Source: Candidatus Eiseniibacteriota bacterium
GTDB taxonomy: Bacteria; Eisenbacteria; RBG-16-71-46; JABDJR01
DNA: 64,000 nt
Direction of reading: 5' to 3'
NCBI GenBank assembly: GCA_963783375.1
Contig: CAWANH010000003.1
Coordinates: 64,001 to 128,000 of the forward strand
Positions 39,393 to 49,550 of this stretch are shown here, in pieces. Positions within the stretch are counted from its first letter, which is position 1. Each line of letters opens with the position of its first letter. A program made the position numbers and the translations under genes. The notes beneath the pieces are model-generated. The model worked only from the letters and a program-made list of their open reading frames with translations, had not been told where the DNA came from and searched no databases.

Positions 39393-40094
39393 ATGAATCC
39401 ATTCGAGAAGACTAGTGCGCTGGATTGGCTGGAGGCAATGGACGAGGTCGCCTACGCGGTGGACGCCTCGGGAACCATCCGACAGGTGGGACACACCCGC
39501 TGGCGGGAGTTCGCCGTGGCCGGAGGCGCCCCGTCGCTGGCCGAGCCCGCCCACGTCATCGGACGCTCCCTCTTCGCCTTCATCCTGGGGGAGGAGGTTC
39601 GGGAGAGCTATCTGCGGATCCACGATCTGATCCTCTCCGGCCACCGCGCCCGGATCGCCTTTCCCTTCCGCTGCGACGCTCCCGATCTCCGGCGCGACAT
39701 GTGGATGACCGTCACCCCGGTCCGTTCCGGGGGGGAGCCGGTGGGAATCCTCTATCGCTCGGCGGTCCGCTCGTCCGAACCCCGGCCGCCGTGGGGGTTC
39801 CTCGCCTCCCGGTCCACGTCCGGGAGCACGGAAGCGATGCACGTGCTGGTCACCTGCAGCTACTGCCGGTCGGTGCGGACGCCGGACTGGCTCCCCGCGC
39901 CCGGAAGCGGCCCGGGCCCCGTCCGAAACGAGTCGAGCCCCGGAACCGGGGGGGATTGGATCGACGGCGGGGAGTACCAACGCCGCGGCGGCACCAACCT
40001 GGTTCGCATGAGCCACGGCATCTGCGGCGACTGCCGGCGGGCCATCGTGGAACCCGTTCTGGCCGGATTGCGGGGGCGCGTTCACGCCGCTTGA
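39393..40094 (+). CDS. PAS-like protein with C-terminal Cys/His metal-binding motif
   Basis: VIGRSLFAFI...FPFRCDAP..RR.M; CSYCRSVR...W...SHGICGDC. Confidence 0.7.
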   Translation: MNPFEKTSALDWLEAMDEVAYAVDASGTIRQVGHTRWREFAVAGGAPSLAEPAHVIGRSLFAFILGEEVRESYLRIHDLILSGHRARIAFPFRCDAPDLRRDMWMTVTPVRSGGEPVGILYRSAVRSSEPRPPWGFLASRSTSGSTEAMHVLVTCSYCRSVRTPDWLPAPGSGPGPVRNESSPGTGGDWIDGGEYQRRGGTNLVRMSHGICGDCRRAIVEPVLAGLRGRVHAA

Positions 40095-40303
40095 TCCGGC
40101 CGGGGGCCGGGACGGTCTCCGCCGCCGGCGCGAGGCCGGGGCAAAGAACCGCCCGATCAGCGGCCGACGGCCGTCCGGCCGGGTCCTCGGCGGTTTCGTT
40201 CCCCACCACCGGAGACCAGCGGCCCCGCCGTCCACCGACCGGGCGCGAACACCGGTATCCGAGCTAACCGCCCGGAACCCCGTGGGGCCCGGGCGGAACC
40301 GGG

Positions 40304-41008
40304 CTACTGCTTCTCGATGGTGATGCTCTCGATCCGGATCGGGGTCTTGGGCCGATCGTTGGGGTCGGTGGCCGTCTTGGCGATGGAGTTCACCACGTCC
40401 ATCCCCTTCGCCACCTCGCCGAAGACGGTGTACTGGCCGTCGAGGCTCTTCTGCGGAGCCACGGTGATGAACCACTGGCTGCCGTTGGTGTCGGGCCGGG
40501 AGGTCCGCGCCATGCCGAGAACCCCCGGCTTGTCGAACTTCAGATTGGGGTCGGTCTCGGTCTTGAAGGTCCCGCCCCAGAGACTCTCCCCGCCCATCCC
40601 GGTGCCCTGGGGATCGCCGGTCTGGATCATGAACCCTGCGATCACCCGGTGGAAGATCACGCCGTTGTAGTAGCCCTTGGCGGCCAAGCCCTTGAAGTTG
40701 GCCACGGCCAGGGGCGCCTGCCCGGGGTAGAAGCGCAGGGTGATGTCGCCCTGGGACGTCTTGACCACCGCGACTTCGTCGGCCGGTCCCGGATCCTTGT
40801 TCATCGATCGTTCCACGATTTCCTCCTGGGGCGACTTGGCCTCGCTCATGGCGCCGGCCGCGGTGCTCTCCGCCGCCGACTTTCCCATTTCCCCGCCACC
40901 CGAGGCCGAGCCGGGTTGTTCCTGGGCCTTCTGGGTCGAAGAACCGCCGCCGCATGCGCTCAGACCGACCAGGGCCCCCGCCAGCGCCACCATCCAAAAC
41001 GTCCGCAT
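40304..41008 (-). CDS. Cyclophilin-type peptidyl-prolyl isomerase, lipoprotein
   Basis: Lipobox LSAC; FHRVIAGFMIQTGDP.GTGMGG, TNGSQWFIT, YTVFGEV. Confidence 0.95.
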   Translation of the reverse strand: MRTFWMVALAGALVGLSACGGGSSTQKAQEQPGSASGGGEMGKSAAESTAAGAMSEAKSPQEEIVERSMNKDPGPADEVAVVKTSQGDITLRFYPGQAPLAVANFKGLAAKGYYNGVIFHRVIAGFMIQTGDPQGTGMGGESLWGGTFKTETDPNLKFDKPGVLGMARTSRPDTNGSQWFITVAPQKSLDGQYTVFGEVAKGMDVVNSIAKTATDPNDRPKTPIRIESITIEKQ

Positions 41009-41220
41009 GTTCGCCCTCCTCGATGCCCGGTCGCCCCGCCGTCCCCGGATGCGCGCCGGATGGGTTGAATTCGTCGCGCCATTCTACGGCGGCCGGGCCG
41101 GGTCGGCAACCTGGCCGGGGTCCCCGGCGGGCTGCCGGAAATCCGGCCCCCGGGGTCCGGATTTGACGGGGCCCGGGGATTGGGGCAGAATTCCCCGCTT
41201 ACCCATCGGGAGGGGCTTGG

Positions 41221-41997
41221 ATGTATACGCTCGACCTCGCCGGAAAGACCGGTCTCATCTTCGGCGTGGCCAACAAGCGGAGCCTGGCCGCGGGAATCGC
41301 CGGCCACCTGGACCGGGCGGGGGCGCGGCTCGCCTTCGCCTACCAGGGGGAGCGTTTCCGGGACGCGGTGGCCGTCATCTCCGAGAAGATGAAGGACCCC
41401 CTTCTGGTGGAGTGCGACGTCACCCGGGACGAGGACCTGGAGCAGGCCTTCGATACCGTGAAGCGCGAGTTCGGCCATCTGGACTACGTGGTCCATTCGG
41501 TGGCCTTCGCCCCCCGCGAGGAGCTGGAGGGGGAATACCGGAACACGTCCCGCGAGGGGTTCCGGATCGCCCTGGAGATCTCCGCCTACTCGCTCATCCC
41601 CATGGCCAGGCTGGCCGCGCCGCTCATGGAGGGACGAAATGGAGCCATGGTGGCCCTGTCCTACCTGGGAGCGGAGCGGGCCATACCCAGCTACAACGTG
41701 ATGGGCACGGCCAAGGCCGCGCTGGAGCACGCGGTGAGACAGCTCTCGCTGGGGTTGGGGAAGCACAACATCCGGGTGAACGCGATCTCGGCCGGACCGG
41801 TGAACACCCTCTCCGCCCGGGGGGTGAGCGGATTCAACAACATGCTCAAGGTCTACGAGGAGCGGTCCCCGCTCGGCCGGAACATCACCCAGGACGAGGT
41901 GGGGGCGGCCGCCCTGTTTCTCCTCAGCGACATGGCCAGCGGGATCACCGGCACCGTCCTCCACGTGGACGCCGGCTTCCACATCACCGCGATCTAG
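41221..41997 (+). CDS. fabI: Enoyl-ACP reductase
   Basis: GVANKRSLA, VHSVAFA, ISAYSL, YNVMGTAKAALE, NAISAGPVNTL. Confidence 0.96.
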   Translation: MYTLDLAGKTGLIFGVANKRSLAAGIAGHLDRAGARLAFAYQGERFRDAVAVISEKMKDPLLVECDVTRDEDLEQAFDTVKREFGHLDYVVHSVAFAPREELEGEYRNTSREGFRIALEISAYSLIPMARLAAPLMEGRNGAMVALSYLGAERAIPSYNVMGTAKAALEHAVRQLSLGLGKHNIRVNAISAGPVNTLSARGVSGFNNMLKVYEERSPLGRNITQDEVGAAALFLLSDMASGITGTVLHVDAGFHITAI

Positions 41998-42712
41998 CCG
42001 GCGGGCGCTCGTCCCCTCTCTTCGGATCCTCTCCCCAGAGCTCGGCCAGGTCCCCCTGCAGCTCCGCCCTCACGTCGCGGTAGCCGCGACGGTGGATCCA
42101 GCAGGGACCCAGGCGATGGAGCGCCTCCAGGTGCTGGGGCGTCCCGTACCCCACGTGCCGGGCGAAGCCGTAGCCGGGATAGCGCCGGTCCAGGCGGGTC
42201 ATGAGGGTGTCCCGGAAATCCTTGGCCACCAGGCTCGCGCAGGCGATCTGGTAGAAGTAGGCGTCCCCCTTGATGCGGGCCTCCTGGGGAACGGCAAGCC
42301 CCGGAACGGTGCGGGCGTCCACCAGGAGCAGGTCGGGGCCGGGATCGAGGCGACGAACCGCCCGGGACATGGCGGCGAGGGTGGCCCGGTAGACGTTCAC
42401 CCGGTCGATCTCCCGGGGACCCGCCACCCCGATGCCCACCGCCAAGGCCTCGGCCCGGATCCTCTCCGCCAGTTCCCGCCGAAGCTCCCGCTTCAGGATC
42501 TTCTTCGAGTCGTCCACCCCTCGGATGACCGAGTCCACCGGCATGATCACCGCCGCCGCGACCACCGGGCCGGCCAGGGGCCCCACTCCGACCTCGTCCA
42601 CCCCGGCCAGGAGCGTGATCCCCCGCTCGCGATAGGGCTTCTCGTGGCGGCGGAGCCGCCACACCGCGGGCATCGTTCGTCCGGTCGTCTTCTTCCTTGC
42701 CTGCGCCGCCAT
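41984..42712 (-). CDS. rnhB: Ribonuclease HII
   Basis: AGVDEVGVGPLAGPVVAAAV, DDSKK, LLVDA, KGDA...IACASLVAK..RD, GYGT..H. Confidence 0.95.
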   Translation of the reverse strand: MAAQARKKTTGRTMPAVWRLRRHEKPYRERGITLLAGVDEVGVGPLAGPVVAAAVIMPVDSVIRGVDDSKKILKRELRRELAERIRAEALAVGIGVAGPREIDRVNVYRATLAAMSRAVRRLDPGPDLLLVDARTVPGLAVPQEARIKGDAYFYQIACASLVAKDFRDTLMTRLDRRYPGYGFARHVGYGTPQHLEALHRLGPCWIHRRGYRDVRAELQGDLAELWGEDPKRGDERPPARSR

Positions 42713-42786
42713 GGCGCATCATCCTAAGGGGCGGAGGAATCGCGAACAAGAAGCTTCGATCCCCCCCGTTCGAAAGGACTCGCCCG

Positions 42787-43353
42787 GTGGTCAAGATCTA
42801 CACGCGAACCGGAGACAAGGGAACGACCTCGCTCTTCGGCGGCAGGAAGGTCCGGAAGGATCACGAGCGGCTCGAGGCCTACGGCTCCCTCGACGAGCTG
42901 AACGCGATCCTGGGCTGGTTTCGGAGCCGGGCCACCCAACCCGACCTGGCCGCGCTGGCCGAGGACGCACAGAGGCGCCTCTTCGATCTCGGCGCGCATC
43001 TGGCCACCCCCCCGGACGCCGGGAAGGCCCGCTCGCACCTCCCTCTCCTGGCTCCGGAACGGGTGACGGAGCTGGAGGAAGCGATCGACCGGTTGGAGAC
43101 CGAGCTGGAGCCGCTCCACGCGTTCGTGCTCCCCGGGGGGACCGAGGAGAGCGCGATCCTCCAGGTGGCGCGGGCGGTCTGCCGGCGGGCGGAGCGGTGG
43201 GTGGTTCGCGCGTCGGAGGAGGATCGGCTTCCCATCGAGGAGGCGGGACTTGCCTATCTGAACCGGCTCTCCGATCTCCTCTTCGTGATGGCCCGGGTGA
43301 GCGCCCGCCGGTCGGGAACCGCGGAGACCACATGGTCGCCGGAGGGTGCGTAG
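42787..43353 (+). CDS. PduO-type ATP:cob(I)alamin adenosyltransferase
   Basis: KIYTRTGDKGTTSL, AYGSLDELNA, FVLPGG, ARAVCRRAER, YLNRLSDLLF. Confidence 0.95.
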   Translation: MVKIYTRTGDKGTTSLFGGRKVRKDHERLEAYGSLDELNAILGWFRSRATQPDLAALAEDAQRRLFDLGAHLATPPDAGKARSHLPLLAPERVTELEEAIDRLETELEPLHAFVLPGGTEESAILQVARAVCRRAERWVVRASEEDRLPIEEAGLAYLNRLSDLLFVMARVSARRSGTAETTWSPEGA

Positions 43354-43374
43354 CTCACGGCGGGATCGGCGGGA

Positions 43375-43722
43375 TCAGTTGGCCTGGCTGAAGATCCAGA
43401 GCAGACCGTACACGTCCCGCACCGAGAACTCCTCCACCCCGGCCCGGGTCCGGTTCACCCGGGTCAGGATCGGCACCCCCGACCGTTCCATGCGCTTGAG
43501 CTGCTCGACCACGTCGTTCACGAACACGTACATGGCCACCCCCTCCCCGGGCTGGCCCACCGCCCGGGTCCCCGCCCCGTGCTCATCCACCAGGTCGAAG
43601 CCGAGCTTGCCCGCCCGGAGGGCGGCGTAGCGGTTCTGGTCGTCGATCTCGGCCACGTCGAATCCAAAGCTCTTCTCGTAGTAGCGGACGGCCTCGGACA
43701 CGTCCGGCACCTGCAAGGCCAT
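43375..43722 (-). CDS. VOC/glyoxalase family protein (start may be further upstream)
   Basis: LQVPDVSEAVRYYEKSFGF...EFSVRDVYG.LWIF. Confidence 0.75.
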   Translation of the reverse strand: MALQVPDVSEAVRYYEKSFGFDVAEIDDQNRYAALRAGKLGFDLVDEHGAGTRAVGQPGEGVAMYVFVNDVVEQLKRMERSGVPILTRVNRTRAGVEEFSVRDVYGLLWIFSQAN

Positions 43723-44072
43723 CCCCCCACCCAGATAGCTGGTCGGGTTCTTTCGAGCGGATGTCGTGTTCAGGATCGCTCTCTCCCCGGTTCTGCGCGA
43801 GGTCACGATGTGGCTCCTTTCGAGACAAGCGACAAGGCTCTGAGCATGACGCAGGGACCTGCGCGATTCAAGCACCGAGTCGGCGGCGCAAATCGCGAAC
43901 GGGTTGAGCCAACGGTCGCGTTGCGATAGCATCAACGGTTTACATCCCGGGTTATCGGCCGGTCGCCGATTTTCCCTTGCCTTCCCGGCCCGAAGTCGCT
44001 ACGCCTCCCCGCGCCGCGGTCCACGGAACTGCCGCTGGCGGGAGCATCCACGATCGCTTAGGCTCACCCTCC

Positions 44073-45098
44073 ATGCGAGAGCTCATGCCCCTCCCCCCGT
44101 CGCGCACCCTCGCGGTGCTGGGTCGCGACGGACGCTACCGGTTCCAGAACGAGCCCATTCCCCTCCCCGGACCGGGGGAGATGCTCTTTCGACTCCTGGC
44201 TGCCGGACTCGGTCCCGAGGACGCAAGCCCGGGCCTCTACGTGAACCGCACCCCTCCCGCGGTGCCGGTGGGAGAGATCGCCGCGGTCGGCGAGGGGGTC
44301 ACGGGCTGGAACCCGCTGGATGCGGCCATGGTGCTCCCGCGGGGATCGGCATCGGCGCTGCCCCCGTTCGCGGGGCTGGCCGATTATTTCCTGGTGCCGG
44401 GCGAGCTGGTGGAGCTCCACCTGGTCTTGAGGCTCCCCGCCGAACTCTCCCCCGAGGACGCCACCCTGGTCCCGGCCACCGCGCTGGCTTCGAGGGTGCT
44501 CCGCGAAGCGCGCGCGGGGAAGGCGACCTCGCTCCTGGTCCTCGGGTTGGGGCTCCCGGGACAGATCGTGATTCGCCTCGCCCGCCACCAGGGAATTCGC
44601 ACCGTCTTCGCCGCCGACGAATCCCCCACCCTCCGCCAGCGGGCGGAGTGGAGCGGAGCCACCAGGGTGATCCGCATCCCCGAGAACTCGATCCGGGATG
44701 CGATCATCGAGGAGACCGGCGGGCGCGGGGTGGACGCGGCCCTCGTCCTCACCTCCGACGCCTCCCAGGCCCCCGACGTCTTCCAGGCCCTGGCCCCCCG
44801 GGGGACCATGATCCTCGGCGCCCCCTTCTCCCCGAACTTCCTCTTCGCCCTCCCCGGGGCGCGGCTGCAGCGGAACGAGCTGCGTATCCACGGGGTGGGA
44901 TCGTTCGAGGCGCGCGACGTGCGCGACGCCTTCCGGGCGCTCAACCAGGGGATCGTGAACGCGGAGACCCTGGTCTCCAAGCGGGCGGCCTGGGCGGAGC
45001 TGCCGGAGACCGCGATCGAGCCGGACTACTGGTCCCACGGAACGCACCTGGTGGTGACCGGTCCGCTGGAGGAACCCGGGCCTCCCGAAGGCCGATAG
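44073..45098 (+). CDS. Degenerate medium-chain (Zn-ADH-like) dehydrogenase
   Basis: PLPGPGEML, LPAELSPEDATL, LVLGLGLPG, ETGGRGVD; no Cys residues and no GHE motif. Confidence 0.7.
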   Translation: MRELMPLPPSRTLAVLGRDGRYRFQNEPIPLPGPGEMLFRLLAAGLGPEDASPGLYVNRTPPAVPVGEIAAVGEGVTGWNPLDAAMVLPRGSASALPPFAGLADYFLVPGELVELHLVLRLPAELSPEDATLVPATALASRVLREARAGKATSLLVLGLGLPGQIVIRLARHQGIRTVFAADESPTLRQRAEWSGATRVIRIPENSIRDAIIEETGGRGVDAALVLTSDASQAPDVFQALAPRGTMILGAPFSPNFLFALPGARLQRNELRIHGVGSFEARDVRDAFRALNQGIVNAETLVSKRAAWAELPETAIEPDYWSHGTHLVVTGPLEEPGPPEGR

Positions 45099-45272
45099 AA
45101 CCGGTCTTTTTCTCCCGGCCGGCCTCGGATTCAACCGGTCCATCGCACCGCTCGGGGGAGGCATCCACTCGGGGGGCGCGGACCCGGTCGGACCTTCGTT
45201 GACTCCGGGGCGTCGCCGCGCTATGGTGAAATTATATTTTCCCCTCGATGGGCGCCGGAAAGGAAGGTCGCC

Positions 45273-47441
45273 ATGTCGAGACACGCGGCTCGCTCGTATC
45301 GCGGTTCGTTTCGGACCCTCGGTTCCCCGATCCTCCTCATCGTCATCCCGGCCCTTCTGGCCGCCTGCGGAAACGAAGGGCCGGCTCCGTCCAATCGCGC
45401 CCCCACCGTGACCCTCAGCCCCGAGCCGGTCGAGGGGGACACCGTCTCCTACCACCTCACGATCGCGTGGACCGGCACCGATCCCGACGGCCGGGTGACC
45501 GGCTACCGGTACGCGGTGGATCCGCCGGCGGGGTTCACCGAAGCGGAGATCGCCGGCGGGGGCGAGGGGATCGTCTCCACCGAAATCGCCGGCGCGTCGG
45601 GCGCGCCGGACACCACCCGGGTGATCAAGATCATCGAGGGCCGAGTGGCCTCCTTCGACTGGATCCACACCCCGGACCCCTCGCACCGCTTCCTCTTCAG
45701 CGCCACCACCGCCGATTCCGAGGCGATCGGCTCCACGAAGCGCCCCACCGGACGCTTCACCGGCATGCACGCGGTCTACGTCCGGGCGGTGGACGATCGG
45801 GGGGCGTTCTCGGTCCCCGCGCACGTGGCCTTCACCGCCACCACCATCGCGCCCACCGCGACCATCGCCTATCCGCATTACGGCGCCTCCGCGCTCTCCG
45901 TGGGAGCCGCGATCCAGGTGGAGGCCGAGGGGACCGACCCCGACGGGGGCGGAGCGCCGCCGGTGGGCTACTACTACCGGATCGTGACCCTGAATCCGCT
46001 CCTGACGGGGGACATACCCGCCAACGCATGGACGCGCTTGTGGTCTCCGGCGACCGAAGACCCGGGTTGGGTGCTCGCCGCCGGCCCCGGCTTCCGGAGG
46101 ACCTTCCCCCTTGCTCCGGGGGACAAGTACGCGGTGGGGATCCGCGCGGTGGACGTGGCGGGGGCGGTGGAGCCGTTCCTGGACCTGGGCCGGAACGCCA
46201 TCCTCTTCGAGGCCTCGTCCGAGGCGCCGTCCCCGGTGGTCACGATCAGCGAACCCACCCTCGGCACCTTCACGTTCCCCGGAGCCGCCAAGCCGGGCCC
46301 CGAGGTGACGTCGGCGCGGATCCCTCTCCGCTTCACGGTGTCCTGCTCGGCGGAGGAGTACGGAGGGGATTGCGACGCCATGCGCTGGGGCCTGGATATC
46401 GCCGATCTCGATCGGTCCGAGAGCTGGTCGGACTGGAAGCCGGTCGGAGCGCTTCCTCCTCTCACCCTGCCGGACGTGGGGACCCAAGTTCTCTACTTCC
46501 AGGTGCGGGATACCCAGGGCGGGGTGACCACCCCCTACCTGCTCCTCCACCTCACGGATACGCCGATGGACCGGGCCGCGCTCTTCGTGGACGACGTCCG
46601 GAACCTCGGCGGGGTGGCCGAGCCCAACGACGCCACCGTGGACGCCTACTGGGAGGGGCTCTTCGAGGACTCCGGACGCTTTTCCGGCACCACGACCTTG
46701 GATAGCCTGTCGACCTTCGCCACCTACGGGTTGAACGACATGGCGCAGATCCCGCCTATTTCCCCGGACCTGGGGGCCATGGGCCGCTTCCGGCTCATCG
46801 TGTGGAACGCGAATCTCGGCTACAATGGACGGAGCGCGCTGTTCCAGGTCACGGGATACCAGAACCACAACCTCGCCTCCTACCTGGCTGCGGGAGGAAA
46901 GCTTTGGGTGTGCGGGTCCCAGACCGCGGCCGGCATGACGCGAGGCTTCGCCGGGCACCCGTACGTCTACCCGCTGGCCCCCCGTCCGGGCGACTTCGCC
47001 TACGACTTCATGAAGCTGGCCTCGGGCCGGATCGAGAACACCGCGCTGTCGCCGAGCCGGCCCGGCGACAGCATGATCGGGGTCGAGCCCTTCCCCGGCG
47101 TGCCGACGGTCTACCCGGCCATGGCGACGGACACCACCCGGTCGATCCTCTTCCGGTCGGGCCCCTACGCCGACTTGGTCATCGACCCGATCGACGCGTC
47201 CACCATCCCGGGCTTCCCCGCCACCGGGAAGATCGACTCGCTCTACGTCTACCGGGCCGCCGATCCCGCCTCGCCCTACGACGGCGCCCTCACCGCGATC
47301 CGGTACCGGGACCTCGACCCCAACCGCTCCCAGGGCCGCACCCAGTGGTTCGGCTTCGACCTGTACTGGATGAGGAAGGACCAGGCCCAGGAGATGTTCA
47401 ACCGCACCATCGACTGGTTCCGGAGGGAATCGGGGCCCTGA
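45273..47441 (+). CDS. Large lipoprotein with tandem FN3/Ig-like modules
   Basis: Lipobox LAAC; repeated W/xGTDPDG...Y and VRAVD/IRAVD/VRD modules; C-terminal alpha/beta domain (YLAAGGKLW, WFGFDLYW). Confidence 0.75.
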   Translation: MSRHAARSYRGSFRTLGSPILLIVIPALLAACGNEGPAPSNRAPTVTLSPEPVEGDTVSYHLTIAWTGTDPDGRVTGYRYAVDPPAGFTEAEIAGGGEGIVSTEIAGASGAPDTTRVIKIIEGRVASFDWIHTPDPSHRFLFSATTADSEAIGSTKRPTGRFTGMHAVYVRAVDDRGAFSVPAHVAFTATTIAPTATIAYPHYGASALSVGAAIQVEAEGTDPDGGGAPPVGYYYRIVTLNPLLTGDIPANAWTRLWSPATEDPGWVLAAGPGFRRTFPLAPGDKYAVGIRAVDVAGAVEPFLDLGRNAILFEASSEAPSPVVTISEPTLGTFTFPGAAKPGPEVTSARIPLRFTVSCSAEEYGGDCDAMRWGLDIADLDRSESWSDWKPVGALPPLTLPDVGTQVLYFQVRDTQGGVTTPYLLLHLTDTPMDRAALFVDDVRNLGGVAEPNDATVDAYWEGLFEDSGRFSGTTTLDSLSTFATYGLNDMAQIPPISPDLGAMGRFRLIVWNANLGYNGRSALFQVTGYQNHNLASYLAAGGKLWVCGSQTAAGMTRGFAGHPYVYPLAPRPGDFAYDFMKLASGRIENTALSPSRPGDSMIGVEPFPGVPTVYPAMATDTTRSILFRSGPYADLVIDPIDASTIPGFPATGKIDSLYVYRAADPASPYDGALTAIRYRDLDPNRSQGRTQWFGFDLYWMRKDQAQEMFNRTIDWFRRESGP

Positions 47442-47516
47442 TCCACGGGGCGTCCCCCGGACCCGCGGGGCGGTGAAGGCGGCCGCGCCCCGGCCGCACG
47501 GCACGGAGCCAACGCA

Positions 47517-47546
47517 CGAAGCCCCCGGCGCCGGCCGGGGGCTTCG
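47517..47546. terminator. Hairpin between convergent genes, probable terminator
   Basis: CGAAGCCCCCGGC-GCCG-GCCGGGGGCTTCG, 13-bp perfect stem; weak U-tract. Confidence 0.55.
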
Positions 47547-47571
47547 AATCACATCGGGGTGAGCGACCGGG

Positions 47572-49550
47572 TCAATCCTTCAGGTACCGCTCCAGCCACT
47601 CCAGGACATTGTCCCACCACACCCGCCGGTTCTTCGGTTTCAGCACCCAGTGCCCCTCGTCCTCGAAGTAGAGGAGGCGCGAGGGAACGCTCCGGCGCTG
47701 GAGCGCGGTGAAGAGATCCAGGCCCTCGCTGACCGGGCAACGGAAGTCCTGCTCCCCCTGGATCACCAGCATGGGGGTCTTCATCTTCTCGACGTGGAGA
47801 TGGGGAGACCACTTCCGGTACTCCTCGGGGGCCTCCCAGGGCGCCCCCCCGAACTCCCACTCGGAGAACCAGAGCTCGTCGGTGGCCCAGTCCATCATCT
47901 CGGTGTTCATGATGCCGTCGTGGCTCACCAGGCATCGGAACCGGTCGCTATGCCCGGCGATCCAGTTCACCATGAACCCGCCGAAGCTGGCCCCGGCGGC
48001 CGCGGTCCGCTCGGGGTCGCAGTAGTCGAAGGTGGAGAGCACGTGGTCGAAACCCCGGACGAGGTCCTCGTAGCAGGCTCCCCCCCACTCTCCGCGGATG
48101 GCGTCCACGAATTCCTGGCCGTAGCCGGTGCTCCCGCGGGGGTTGATCATCACCGTCACGTAGCCCTGGGCGGCGAACAGCTGGACGTTCCACCGTTCGT
48201 GGAAGTCGAGGCCGAACATGCCCTGGGGACCGCCGTGGATGAGGAACACCGTGGGGTACTTCTTCCCCGCCTCGAACCGGGGAGGCTTGACGATCATGCC
48301 GTGGACCCGCGCCCCCTCGGCCCCCTCGAACCAGAAGTCCTCGGACTCGTTCATCTCCAGCCCGGCCAGGTTGTCCGCGTTGAGGCGCGTCAACGCCTCG
48401 GCCGTTCCCCCCCCACCGGCACCCGCATGATCTCCGGCGGCGCGTTCAGGGTCTCCCGGGCGAACACCAGCCACTCCCCGTCCGGGGAGACCGCGGGATC
48501 GTGGTCGGTGGCGTGACCGGTCAGCTCCGCCGGCTCCCCGCCGTCGGCGCTCACCGCGTAGAGCCGGGTCCGCCCCTCGTCCTGGGCGGCGAAGTAGATC
48601 CGCTCTCCGTCCGGGGACCACACCGGGGCTCCCGCCGATCCTCTGAGCTTGGGAGCCGCCTCTCCGATCGCTCCCGTCGCCCGGTCGTAGACCAGAAGCT
48701 CCCGCTTGTCCGCCTCGTACCCCGCCCGCCGCATGCCCAGATAGGCGATCCGGGAGCCGTCCGGCGAGTAGGCGGGAAACGCGTTGCATCCGGCCCAGGG
48801 GCTGATCCGCTTGGGTTCCGCCGCCGGACCCGAGACGGGCGCCGTCCAGAGATTGGTGTTGGTGGAGAGGGCCTGGGCCTCGTCCCGCAGGGACACGAAA
48901 CAAACCTCCTCGCCGTCGGGAGACACCGCGTAGTCGGGATCCCCGGTGAGGGAACGCGGCGGCACCGGGTAGGGGCCGGGAGTGAGGTCCGTCGCACTCC
49001 CGCTCTCCACGTCCACCGCGAACAGGTGGTCGACCTTGTCGTCGGTCCAGGTGTCCCAGTGCCGGAACATGAGCCGGTCGATGACCCGGTGCGCGGGTTT
49101 CTCCTTCTCCCGCTCCTGCTTCCGCCGGGCGATCTCGGCCTGATCGGCGGTGTCGCGATAGACCGGAGAGACGGCCAGGAGCCGCTTTCCGTCGGGGAAC
49201 CAGACCGGCCGGCCCGCCCCCAGCTCCAGGGTGGTGACCTGGCGGGCCTCGCCGCCATCCACCGGGAGCACCCAGATCTGGGGGGACCCGCTCCGGTCCG
49301 AGGTGAAGGCGATCCATTTTCCGTCCGGGGAAAACGAGTGATCGCCGTTCGAGTAGCCGTGGCGGGTGATCTGGACCGTCTCCCCGCCGTCCAGCGGGAC
49401 CCGGTAGAGATGACTCACGTTCCGGTTCTCGTCGGGGTCGGGGCGGGTTCCCACGAAGAACACCCAGGCGCCGTCGGGGGACACGCGAGGCCGGGATGCC
49501 CGGGTCTGGACCAGCAGATCGTCGAACCGAAGCGGCCGTTTCGTGCTCAA
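47572..49550 (-). CDS. S9 prolyl oligopeptidase/dipeptidyl aminopeptidase; frameshift at the C-run near 48410
   Basis: PD40 repeats (SPDG); IHGGPQG, NPRGSTGYG, GASFGG, GEQDFRCP, DEGHWV. Confidence 0.92.

Noticed and set aside
42787-43353. PduO as part of the microcompartment
   Set aside because: It is 37 kb away, has no encapsulation peptide, and the BMC operon has no B12-dependent enzyme
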